Positions 1 through 11,789 of a DNA stretch of 64,000 nt are shown piece by piece. The position numbers were made by a program, and so were the translations under genes. Under the pieces are notes generated by a model. That model ran no database searches, was not told the origin of the DNA, and worked only from the letters and a program-made list of their open reading frames with translations. The stretch spans positions 10,974,001 through 11,038,000 of the forward strand of contig NC_043003.1 of NCBI RefSeq assembly GCF_006345805.1. The letters are read 5' to 3'. Positions within the stretch are counted from its first letter, which is position 1. Each line of letters starts with the position of its first letter. Source of the DNA: Octopus sinensis. Its lineage: Eukaryota.

Positions 1-299
1 TATATATATATAAATAAGAATAGTGAAAGAGAGAGAGACAGAGATAGGTAGATATACATATAGTAATATCTAATATATATATATATGTATACCAACACAC
101 ACACACACACACAGTGAGAGAAAGAGTGATAGAGATAGATATATATAATATATAGAGAGAGAGAGAGAGGTAGATAAATAGATACATGCATACATACATG
201 CATGTATGCACACACATATGGACATACACACACATGCAAACACACACAAATATACATAGATATATGTGGGTGTGAATGTATATATTTATGTGTGTATGG

Positions 300-640
300 T
301 TTTATTTGCTAAGCTTGAAGGCGGGGTCAGTTCCAATGTCCTTTGATCTTTGGAAGCTCTCGGAGACCTGTGATTTGGATGCTGTTAATATTCTGTTTAA
401 ACTGTTGCAGGTCAATAACTTCTGGAAAAAATGTAAATAGGGATTCCAGAGGGATAATGCTTTGGGGAAGAAGGACTGTTGAGTATAGTGATTAGTGCCA
501 TGCCAAAGCAGTCAATGCAACGAGGGTGACGAAAGATAGAGGGATGAGAGGGTCAGAGGTACCTGAGTGGAGGTGGTGTGAGATAAGACAGCCAAGGGGA
601 CATAGACCATTATAGTAGTTTTAGAGGAAAATCAGGGAGG
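300..640 (-). pseudogene. CR1/Jockey-group LINE ORF2 C-terminal relic
   Basis: Manual minus-strand translation gives NYYNGLCP...TNHYTQQSFFPKALSLWN and, after a frameshift, PEVIDLQQFKQNINSI. This matches the SFFPR..LWN..F...FK..IN end of CR1-type ORF2. Confidence 0.6.
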
Positions 641-669
641 GCGGGGGATAACACACACATACACACACG

Positions 670-820
670 TGTATACTTTTTACCAAATCGACTCACAAGG
701 CTTTGGTTGGCCTGAGGCTATAGTAGAAGAAACTCGCCCAAAACGTCACAAATTGGGACTGAACCCAGAACCATGTGGTTGGGAAGCAAAATCCTTACTA
801 TGCACCCAAACCTGCAGCTA
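670..820 (-). mobile_element. SINE family C 5' fragment
   Basis: Shares aaggctttggttggcctgaggctatagtagaaga...gggactgaacccagaaccatgtggttgggaagcaa with other copies in the window. Confidence 0.7.
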
Positions 821-859
821 TACACACACACACACACACACACAGAGACAGACCTACAC

Positions 860-1065
860 ACATATCTGGCATTCGCCATGACAGATCGCTAGCCACTAAG
901 CCTTTTTCTATTTTCTCTCCCTGTTTATTTCTGTGTTCCTTTCTGTTGAAGAGCATAGGCTTGAAACGTAAAAGACTTTCTCACCTTCCCAAGCGTTAAA
1001 CTAATACATCTGTTTGTTGTTTACACACCTGTCTTCATCTTTTGTTTTTTTTGTAAATTTTCTTT
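860..1065 (+). mobile_element. Penelope-like pLTR-type fragment with hammerhead-like motif (939-974)
   Basis: CUUU-CUGUUGA-A-GAGC-auag-GCUU-GAAA-CG-U-A-AAAG. Stems I and II pair, stem III is the palindrome ACGU, and core position 6 is U instead of A. Confidence 0.5.
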
Positions 1066-1100
1066 CTTCCTCTCTCTCTCTCTTTCTCTGTCTCTCTCTG

Positions 1101-1134
<34 letters not shown>

Positions 1135-1173
1135 TCCTCTTATATATAATATATATATATACATACATACATA

Positions 1174-1227
<54 letters not shown>

Positions 1228-1800
1228 ATATAAATAATGGAAAAACTAATTTCTGTGTGTCACACTTAAACCCTCTCTCTCACTATTCAATGACACTCCT
1301 ACTATTCCTCATGATTGGGTGAGAGTAATAGTAGACATAGAGATGGTGAGGGTGGTGGTGAAGACAGATATATATATATAGAAAGAGAAGGCGCGAAAAA
1401 AGACAAAGAAATTTAGGGAGAGTTGATATTTTACTAAAAGTAGTAGTGTTGATGGTGGCAGTGGGAGTAATAATAAGAGAGAAAGAAAGAGTGGGTATGT
1501 GAGAGAAAGAGGGAGATTATGTACTACTTTGTCTAACCATGTCTCTTTGACAGGAATTCCTGTCACCAGCATACTGAACACTATCATTTTGGTGATGACT
1601 GCACCCCAAACATTTTTTCATTATTTTCCCCATCCTAAAAGAGGTCGCTATCCTTGAACTCATGTCTCATGCCAGTAGCTATACAATGGTAAAAAACTAA
1701 ATAAATAAATGGTAAAAAACATTCCAAATTGAAAAGAAATCTCTCCTCTCCCTCTTACTGCCTCTCTACATTTCTATCTGTCTTTCTATCCATCTATCTA

Positions 1801-1879
<79 letters not shown>

Positions 1880-2340
1880 AATCTATCAATCTGTCTGTCT
1901 GTCTGGCTCATTGTCTATCTATCTATCTATTTATCTCCATCTATCTTTCTCTATGGTGGTGGTGGTGGTGGTAGCTGGGGCAGTCAGGGATAATGGTGAT
2001 AGTAAGCAATGTGAAAGACAGTGGTGATGGTGGTGGAGGGGAAGGCAGCGAAGTCAAATGTATTGATGGTGGTGGCGTCAGAAGTCTGAATGGTGTATGT
2101 GTATGGTACTTGTGGTGGCAATAGTAGTGCTACTGGTGATGGTGATGGTTGAAAACAATCAACAGAAAGAGAGAGAGAGAAAGCAGTACGACAAAAAAAA
2201 TTGTATTGACCCCTGAATGGGAAAACAAAAAATATTGTTTATCATGCAGCTTTGCAATATGTTCCAAATCGACAAATTATATCATTGTTTTGATGAAAAT
2301 TATTCATTGCTTGAAAAATATTGGTCAAGTTTGATAAAAC

Positions 2341-2412
2341 AGTTCTATATTTAAGAGATGAGAAATTAGGTACATTATTTACATTTGACGGATATTTGTC
2401 CTCATCTTGTCA
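2341..2412 (-). mobile_element. SINE family E 3' tail fragment
   Basis: ttctatatttaagagatgag...tacattatttacatttgacggatatttgtcctcatcttgt matches 7486-7555 and 40114-40190. Confidence 0.75.
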
Positions 2413-3692
2413 TTGTTGGTCCAATGAAGAGCCCTTCATAGGAGCTAGCTTAAAAGCTGCCCTATCAGGCATCTTTTAAGCTAGTATATAATATATACTG
2501 GCCACCCCTCAACATCCACCAACACTACCCAATTTTTACAGTTGTCACCTACTCTCCCCTTTTCTTTTCCTCCCTTATTATCTCTCAGTAACTGTTCTTC
2601 ATAGCACTCTTCCTATCACTGATTCCCTATCCTTAACCAACTCCCTCTCTGCCATACACACTTGCATGCTCCACCCACTCACCCACGCTACCTTCTTTTC
2701 TGCCCCCCCCCCTCTAATCACTTCTGTGTGGTTTCAGTAATCAATGAAGACCCTGATTGAAAAATTTGCAAACAGTTCAGTTGGCTGTTTCTGTTGTCTT
2801 CCTAACAATACCACCAGCACCACAACTTCTACCAATACCATCATTGCTCACCACCCCTCCATCACCATGACCACGATGACCCCCACCACTGCCACCATCT
2901 ATAACACAACTGCTGCCACCACCACTGTCAACACCCCCCCACCACTGCCACTGCCACCATGACCACCACGACTGCTGCCACCACCACCATAATCACTATC
3001 ACCTTCACCTTCACCACCACCACAACCACTGCCATCACCACTGCCACCACTAACAACAACAACAAAGCCACCACCACCACGACTGCTACCACTCTGCCCC
3101 CCACCACAATCACCATCACATCAGCTTCGTGACCCCCACCACCACTACTGCCACCATTGCCACTGCCATGACCATCATGGCTGCTGCCACCACCATCACC
3201 CCCAACAACAAAATCACTCCCACCACCCACACTGCCACCATGACCACCATTGCAATCACCACCATGACTGCTGTCACCCCCCCCCCCCAACCACCACAAT
3301 CATCCTCACCTTCACCATCACACCACCACCACCACAACCACCACCACCACCACCACCACCAACAACAACAACCACAACAACAAGGACTACAACAACAGCC
3401 GTAGATAAATATGGAATATAAACATTGGGTGAATCTGAAACATGGTGAATCCATAGAAAAGACTCTCTGGATCTCTGCCAAATATTTAATCAATTAATTC
3501 TTGTGCAGCAAATCCTTCACAGAACTCCACTCAAAAATAGATCATCTTTTGAGACAGGAGCTGCACTCCATCAGCACTTTGCCACTCTGCTCCCTTATTC
3601 AGAGTGAAGAGTGGACCAAAGATGGTTGTGGCCTTTGGTGCCGGCCTTGATAAGTCTGCTGTAGCTTGCAGGGAAGGAAAGAAAGTAAATAG

Positions 3693-4164
3693 CAAATACC
3701 TATTTCTTTACAACCCACAAGGGGCTAAACCCAGAGGGGAAAAAAAGGACAGACAAATGGATTAAGTCGATTATATCGACCCCAGTGCATAACTGGTACT
3801 TATTTAATCAACCCCGGAAGGTTGAAAGGCAAAGTCGACTTCGGCGGAATTTTAACTCAATACCATCCCATCGTGGCCATTGCCAGCCTCCTCTGACTCC
3901 TGTGCCGGTGACACGTAAAAAGCACCCACTACACTCTCGGAGTGGTTGGTGTTAGGAAGGGCATCCAGCCGTAGAAACATTGCCAGATCAGACTGGGCCT
4001 GGTGCAGCCTTCTGGCTTCCCAGACCCCAGTTGAACCGTCCAACCCATGCTAGCATGGAAAGCAGACACTAAACAATGATGATGATGATGAACGTAACTG
4101 CAGATGAAATACCACTAAGCATTTCGCCCGGCGCGCTAACATTTCTGCCAACTCACCACCTTAA
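3693..4164 (-). mobile_element. SINE family A split by a nested family B insertion (~3860-4090)
   Basis: Family A sequence breaks at gaattttaactca and resumes at gaacgtaactgcagatgaaatacc after a family B copy ending in (GAT)n. Confidence 0.8.
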
Positions 4165-4741
4165 ATACCATCAGCTGAGAGACATTGGTGGTGTTAGGGG
4201 TTGCATTAAGAGGGGAAATCATCTGCTTGGGATGGTTTTACCTGGCAAACCTTACATCTTCTCCTCCACTTCTACCCCTCTCTTCCTCTCTGCCTCCCCC
4301 ATGCTTCTCCTCCACTCTTCTACCTCCTCCTCCACCTCTTTCTCTTTCACCTCCACTCCTCCTCCTCCTCCTCCACTTCTACCCCTCACCTCCTCTCTGC
4401 TTCCCTTCCTCCTCCTCAACTCCTCTACCTCTTTCTCCACCTCTTCCTCTTCCCTAAAGGACTGCATTGTGCTCCAGTGCCCTGCATTGGCCTGGTTTCC
4501 ATCACTGGATGCCCTTCCAGTAATACCAACGACTTTACAATGTGTACTGGAGATGCCTTTTGTCATGCCACCAGCCCGAGTGAGATCACTATGCACCTGC
4601 CAAAGCTACAAACCCTGTCTTATATACTTGCACAATTCGTATTCATTTATCAATGTCTTGACAGAACTCTCCAGCCATGACAACCTCAAGCAAATGCGAT
4701 ATATTGTTGACAGATTGAGTAACAAACGTAGCTTTGACAGA

Positions 4742-4980
4742 ATCATCATCATCATCATTTTTTAATGTCCATTTTCCATGCTGGCATGGGTTGGACGGTT
4801 TGACTGAGGTCTGGAGAGCCAGCGGCTGCACCAGGCTCCAATCTGATCTGGCAATGTTTCTACAGCTGGATGCTCTTCCTAATGCCAACCACTCTGAGAG
4901 TGTAGTGGGTGTCTTTTACGTGCTACTGGTATAGAAGCCAGGTGGGCCTGGCATCGATCACATTCAGATAGTGCTTTTTA
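4742..4980 (-). mobile_element. Family B repeat (RTE-3'UTR-like, (GAT)n tail)
   Basis: (CAT)n then ttttccatgctggcatgggttggacgg...ctggatgctcttcctaatgccaacc. Further copies near 5575-5800, 7235-7480, 9660-9970, 11373-11680, 16070-16462, 33250-33440, 39850-40105, 40460-40750, 43745-43915, 54555-55000, 57015-57350, 58470-58705 and 59538-59720. Confidence 0.8.
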
Positions 4981-5870
4981 TCAATCAAACACTTTCGATT
5001 GGGTTAACCATCATTGCTTGGTGGCTGCCCTTAGAGTCACCTGTTCAGGTCCCATAATCAGAGACTGGATCACTTCCATATAAAATACAAGAGGCTTGGG
5101 TTATACAAAATAGCAACCGATTGGAAATTGTTTTGAATCATATCCTAATCCATCAATGATGCCGTTTCTTATTTCTCTCTGTATGTGTTGACAAATGAGT
5201 CACTGCTGCAGAAACTGGACGTGTTGAGACACGGCATTCAAACTGGAATTTAGAACAGTGTTAACACATGTGGACAATATCACCAAGTAGTGTTAGCTAC
5301 CATGGAAGTTGAGGTCATCTGTGCTATTTTGAAGGAGTATGAAGGGGTGACAGGAGCAAATATTAACCTTGGTGCTTGTTACCAACCAGTATTATTGGAT
5401 ATTATGCTCCAATGGTGCTTTTAGTTTCCTTAGGACTTGGTTTGGAATAGATCTTCAGGTGAATAGGAGCTGGGATGAGATTATGGGTTGTATGGCTATG
5501 ACCAGTCTCATCCCAAAAATGAACTTGGTGGAAGCTGACTCTGGAAAGTGATGGAAGAGGAAAATGTGTATATCATGTTATGCTGGTGTTGCATAATAAG
5601 CAGCACCATTGGTGTCACATGGAAAGTGCACGGTCCATTCTGTAAAGTGGTTGATGTTAGGAAGGGCATCAAGCTGTAGACACTATGCCAAAACTGACAG
5701 GAAAGTGGAGCCTGGTGCAACTCTCCACCTTGCCAGGCCCTGTCAAACCATCCTATCCATGCCAGCATGGAAAATGGATGCTGAATGATGATGATGATGA
5801 TCTCCATTATACACACAAATACACACAAACACACACACACAAACACACACACACATGCACACACACACAC

Positions 5871-5911
<41 letters not shown>

Positions 5912-6268
5912 TTATACACACACATGTACCTATGCAGTTGTTATATTCCCTCCTTTCCGTACACAAATGTGTTGTTTCTAATACATTGAAATGGAAGTCA
6001 GCCAATATCATTGAAAGTTTGAAAAGAGAAATACTTTAGAGAAAAACCTGTTAGAGAGGGAAATAGTGGGAGAGAGTGAAACAAAGAGAGTGTGGGAGAG
6101 GGAGGGAGAGAGAGAGAAAGAGAGAGAGAGAAAGACAGGGAGAGTGAGAGAAAGAGAGATTTTCTAATTTCATGATCCATTATGGTCCAAGCTGCAGATA
6201 TTAACGTTTGTTATGCTAGCTGTTTGTTGTCTCTCACAAATATACATACATACATGCGTGTGTGTATG

Positions 6269-6310
<42 letters not shown>

Positions 6311-6331
6311 TATGTGTGTGTAGTTATATGT

Positions 6332-6363
<32 letters not shown>

Positions 6364-7485
6364 CAAACACACACACTTGATGATGATGAACTTATAGATA
6401 TTTACATAATATTTAATGTATGTATCTTATAATCTATATAATATATAGTGTATATACTTAAATATTATATATATATAATATAGATATATATATATATATA
6501 TATATATATTACATACACATATATATATATATATATATGCATATATAATATACCTAATATACTACATATATTATATATGTCTGTAGTATATGTACATTCA
6601 TATTTATATATACATACTACATATATATACATATATTTATATAGATATATACATATATATCCATATATTTATATAATATATATATCTATATATATTTATA
6701 TACATGGGAAGCACTGTCGTTTCTGACAATTGTTGATGTATGGATATAAATTAAGTAATTACACTACATACCCTATATTTCTATACATACACATACATTT
6801 ATATAATACAGATTATAGATAATATGTTAAAGATACATACATCTATTACTTTTAGGTGTATTTATATACATATACATATCTATATATATCCTATATAATA
6901 TAACTATATATACATACATATATACTAGATATACATCTTTATATACACAATAGCATATCACTGCATTGATCGAACTATTAGATGTTGTCATACAATGCTT
7001 ATCACAATGCGCTTCTACCTCTTTCTTGAAAGTTCCATTCTTTTCTATCTGGGTCCAAATCATTTCACTAAATCATCTTCTTGTCATTGTAGAGGTCTTC
7101 CAAGTGGCCTTCTCGAATCTCTGGGGTACCACTTGCTAAGAGCGTGGCTCCGCCTGTTGGCTGTGAACTTGGCCAACATGTCTTTACTAGTGGTTACTTA
7201 TGCTTTCAGTATTTTGCAATTACATCATTTATTTTAAGCACCTGTGCTGGTGCTGTAGAAATGCACCCATGCCGGTGCCACGTAAATGCGCCCATGCAGG
7301 TGGCACATAAAAAGCACCCAGCATACTCTGCTAAGTGGTTGGTTTTAGGAAGGGCATCCAGCCATTCAAACCATACTACAACAGACAGCTGGAGTTTGGA
7401 CAGCTCCCTGCTAGCCAGGTCCTTGCCAAACTGTCCAACCCATGCTAGCATCAAAAGCAGAAATTAGACAATGATGATAATACAT

Positions 7486-7845
7486 TTCTATATTTAAGAG
7501 ATGAGGAATTATGTACATTATTTACATTTGACAGATATTTCTCCTCATCTTGTTTGCTGTTAACACAACGTTTTGGCTGATATACCCTTCAGCCTTCATC
7601 AGGTGTCTTGGGGAAATTTCGAAATGGGGTTCTCATTCCTAAGGTATTTTTCGATGCTGTTATTCTTCTTCTTCTTCTTCTTCTTCTTCTTCTTCTTCTT
7701 CTTCTTCTTCTTCTTCTTCTTCTTCTTCTTCTTCTTCTTCTTCTTCTTCTTCTCATTATTATTATTATTATCAGGTCACTGCCTGGAATTGAACTCAGAA
7801 TCTTGGGGTTAGTAGCACGCGCTCTTAACCACTATGCCATATGCC
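7486..7845 (-). mobile_element. SINE family E: tRNA-like head, internal microsatellite, hammerhead motif, AT-rich tail
   Basis: Minus strand reads A-box TGGCATAGTGG, B-box GAGTTCAATTCC, (TAA)/(GAA)n, then GACAC-CUGAUGA-A-GGCUGA-loop-UCAGCC-AAAA-CGUU-GUGUU at 7562-7607. Confidence 0.8.
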
Positions 7846-7859
7846 TTGTTCTTCATTTA

Positions 7860-8330
7860 CCTTATTTTGGGCATGTTCTTGTAACGACACACCTGGCATG
7901 AATCTTTCTGTGGTTCTTTGCATCATAGCCAGCCAATATTCTTCCCACTTCATAGGGTCTCACGTCTCACTTGCATATAAGGGCACCAGTAAGATGGTGT
8001 TATTGAAGGGATTAACATATAGGGTCTTATCCACCTTTGCTTTCACATATCTTTTACTAAATTAAATACCTTCCATCCTGCCCTTATTCTCTGTGTACCC
8101 CAAATAGCATTGATCCTTTATCACTTTGCTTCCCTCTTCTTTTCAGCCTTGTGGTCCCTTTTTTTACACTAAATGTATTTTGTTTGAATGCAATTCATTT
8201 TACCGCTGAGCTATGGGAGCCCATCTCTGTCAGAATGGTCTACAGCTAATCTGTGGTTTTGTCAATGAATATGATGTCATCAGTGAATTAAAGTGATATA
8301 CCATTATGCTTCCCCTAAGAATTATTGCCC
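7860..8330 (-). pseudogene. RTE-clade LINE reverse transcriptase relic
   Basis: Minus-strand translation gives a decayed FTDDIIFID (FADD motif) and FNNTILLVPLYASET*...QRTTERFMPGVSLQEH, typical of RTE RT C-terminal regions. Contains stop codons. Confidence 0.7.
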
Positions 8331-8514
8331 CATACACCTCTTGTCTCACCTCTATAACATGTTTGCAAAGAGCAAACTCATCAGACTATCAAAACATCTC
8401 AATGACCAGCAGCCAAGGGAGCAAGCAGGTTTTCATAAGTATAAGGTTGTCTGAAAGACTTCTCACCCCTACCAAAAAATACTAAGGACAATAGAGGGAC
8501 AATATGATAATCAT

Positions 8515-8838
8515 TTCTACTCTAGGCATAAGGCCTGACATTTTTGGAGAAGGGACCAGTTAATTACATTGACCCCAGTGTGTAACTGGTACTTAATTTA
8601 TTGACCACGAAAGGATGAAAGGCAAAGTCAACCCCGGCGGCATTTGAACTCAGAACGTGATGACAGACGAAATACCTATTTCTTTACTACCCACAAGGGG
8701 CTAAACACAGAGAGGACAAACAAGGACAGACAAACAGATTAAGCAGATTACATCGACCCCACTGCATAACTGGTACTTAATTCATAGACGAAATACCAGT
8801 AAGCATTTCGCCCGGCTTGCTAACAATTCTGCCAGCTC
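8515..8838 (-). mobile_element. SINE family A, partial dimer
   Basis: Core ggatgaaaggcaaagtcaacc...tttgaactcagaacg and head atttcgcccggcttgctaacaattctgccagctc. Confidence 0.8.
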
Positions 8839-8893
8839 GGACAACATAATAATATCAGACACATGTAAATGGTTGTATTCTATTCACTTCCAT

Positions 8894-9043
8894 TGACACT
8901 AACACTGTCACACATTGAGATAGTCTGTATGAAGACCATCATTTTCGTGGCACAAAATGATGTGGTGCCATGTCCTGTATGATGTTTTACAAAGCTGTTG
9001 GTGTTCATACAGACTTTCTCGATGTGTGACAATGTCCGTGTCA
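8894..9043. repeat. Imperfect inverted repeat with ~48-bp arms
   Basis: tgacactaacactgtcacacattgagatagtctgtatgaagaccatca pairs with tgttggtgttcatacagactttctcgatgtgtgacaatgtccgtgtca. Confidence 0.8.
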
Positions 9044-9254
9044 TTTGAATTCAAATCTGAAGAGTCTACGAGAGTAGATGCAATGCTAATATATGATTTA
9101 TAAAAACATGTGACATATTAATAAAAATCTGTAAATATAAAACCATCCAGATTTCTGAGTACCTTATTTCTTCTAATATATAATACCTGTACATCATCAC
9201 CAAACCTTCTAATATATATATATATATATATATATGCACATGTACATATATGTA

Positions 9255-9633
9255 CAATGGCCCAGTGGTTAGGGCATCAGACTCACGGTCATAGGATCGC
9301 GGTTTCGATTCCCAGACCGGGCGTTGTGAGTATTTGTTAAGCAAAAACACCTAAAAGCTCCACGAGGTTCCGGCAGGGGATGGTGGTGATCCCTGCTGTA
9401 CTCTTTCACCACAACTTTCTCTCACTCTTACTTCCTGTTTCTGTTGTACATGTATTTCAAGGGGCCGGCCTTGTCACTCCCTCTGTGTCACGCTGAATAT
9501 CCCCGAGAACTACGTTAAGGGTGCACGTGTCTGTGGAGTGCTCAGCCACTTACACGTTAATTTCACGAGCAGGCTGTTCTGTTGATTCGGATCAACCGGA
9601 GCCCTCATCGTCGTAACCGACGGAGTGCTTCCA
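9255..9633 (+). mobile_element. tRNA-derived SINE family D, near full length
   Basis: A-box tggcccagtgg and B-box ggtttcgattcc; near-identical inverted copy at 10104-10486. Confidence 0.85.
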
Positions 9634-10100
9634 CAGACACAGACATATATGTATACATGCACACATGTAAAAAGCACCATCTGAATGTGGTCATGCCAGG
9701 TCTGCCTGACTGGCTCCTGTGCTGGTAGCACATAAAAAGCACAAACTGTATGTGGCCGATGCCAGTACCACTTGACTGGCTCCTGTGCCAGTGAAATGTA
9801 AAAAGCACCCACTACACTTTCAGAGTGGTTGGCTTTAGGAAGGGCATCCAGCTGTAGAAACCTTGCCAGATCAGACTGGAGCTTGGTGCAGCCTCCTGGC
9901 TTTCCAGACCCCAGTCGAACTATCCAACCTGTGCCAGCATAGAAAACGGATGTTAAACGATGATGATGATGATATATATACGTGCGCACACACACACCTG
10001 GATGTACACACGATGGAATTCCACACAGTTTCTGTCAACCAAATTCACTCAAGAGTCATTTGTTGACCCAGGGCTATAGTAGAAGACACTTGCCCAAGGT

Positions 10101-10486
10101 GGATGGAAGCACTCCGTCGGTTACGACGACGAGGGTTCCGGTTGATCCGAATCAACGGAACAGCCTGCTCGTGAAATTAACGTGTAAGTGACTGAGCACT
10201 CCACAGACACGTGTACCCTTAACGTAGTTCTCGGGGATATTCAGCGTGACATAGAGAGTGACAAGGCCGGCCCTTTGAAATACAAGGTACAACAGAAACA
10301 GGAAGTAAGAGTGAGAGAAAGTTGTGGTGAAAGAGTACAGCAGGGTTCGCCACTACCTGCTGCTGGAGCCTCGTGGAGCTTTAGGTGTTTTCGCTCAATA
10401 AACACTCACAACGCCCGGTCTGGGAATCGAAACCGCGATCCTATGACCGCGAGTCCGCTGCCCTAACCACTGGGCCATTGCACCTC
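10101..10486 (-). mobile_element. SINE family D inserted into a family C copy, with 14-bp TSD
   Basis: Flanked by cacttgcccaaggt (10087-10100) and cacttgcacaaggt (10487-10500); family C sequence continues on both sides. Confidence 0.85.
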
Positions 10487-10753
10487 CACTTGCACAAGGT
10501 ACTACGCAGTGGAACTGAACCTGAAATCACGTGACCGAAAAACAAACTTCTTAATCACATAGTCAAGCCTACTCCTAGGATATTTTACTTTAATATATCT
10601 ATTTGTATTTCCTGGCATGCCACTCCTAATGCCAACCACTTTACAAAGTAGATTGGGCAGCTTCCCAAATGGTGCCATCACCAGAGATACTTTTAAAAAA
10701 TGACCCAGGCTCTATAATGTGGTTATAGATAAAAATTAAAATGAACAAATTGA

Positions 10754-11110
10754 ATCTTGTGTCTTGGGAGGGTCACTTCACCAATAATAAAAACAGCACA
10801 TGCACTGATTCAATATCACTTCTTTATTGTTATTCGGTTCATTAAATATCAAAGCAACTAACTAATCAATCATTTTTTAAATATGTTGGTTAAACTAGAA
10901 TCAATTGTACATTTGTCAAAGTCTTTTTGTCACTTACACAACCTCTTCAACGATGTTCCTTCATTCTTCAAGGTCTACCTTTAATCAACACATTAAACAA
11001 ATGATCAATTACTTAGATATTTAACCAATTGATTAACAAATAAAGAAGTGGAATTGAACCAGTGTGTGTGTTTATCATCATCATCAGCATAATGACCCAA
11101 GACACGAGAT
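10754..11110. repeat. Long imperfect inverted repeat (~140-bp arms), Penelope-like inverted pLTR relic
   Basis: atcttgtgtcttggg pairs with cccaagacacgagat, and cactgattcaatatcacttctttatt with aataaagaagtggaattgaaccagtg. The loop holds a decayed TGAAGA-GGTTG..TGAC-AAAAA on the minus strand. Confidence 0.65.
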
Positions 11111-11789
11111 ATGTGTGTGAGTCTGTGTGTGTATATGTATTTATTGACATATATCCAAAATGGAAATGGATCACCCATATCTTTAAGTAAAACTCTTGAT
11201 AATTGCGATGTTTATTTGCATGAAACCAATGGTAGCATTGTAAATCTACAGGTAAAGAGTATATTTATCCAGTGAATGTGCTGTTGAGCACTCATTTTCA
11301 TTGTTTGCCACTATTGTATGCACATACACACAGAAACACATATATACATTACACACACACACACACATACATATGCTAATGCCAGTGCTACCTGATTGGC
11401 ACCTGTGCTGGTGGCATGTGAAAAGCACTATTTGAGTGTTGCCAATGCCAGTGCCGCCTGACTGGCACCCATGCTGGTTAGCACATAAAAAGCACACACT
11501 ACACTCTCGGAGTGGTTGTCGTTAGGAAGGGCGTCCAGCTGTAGAAACATTGTCAGATCAGATTGGAGCCTGGTGCAGCCTCCTGGCTTACCAGTCCTCA
11601 GTCAAACCGTCCAACCCATGCCAGCATGGAAAGCAGATGTTAAAGAGTAATGATGATGATATGATGATGATGATGATGATGATATATACACACATAAATA
11701 TTTGGGTATTTATGGATATCTCTTAGTGTATACATACACATAATGTGTGAGTGTGTGCATGTATATGTATATATGCATGCATGCATGTG

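Noticed and set aside
9255-9330. tRNA gene calls at A/B-box sequences (also 49076 and 59770)
   Set aside because: They continue into repeated SINE bodies and I could not fold a convincing cloverleaf, so they are treated as SINE heads.
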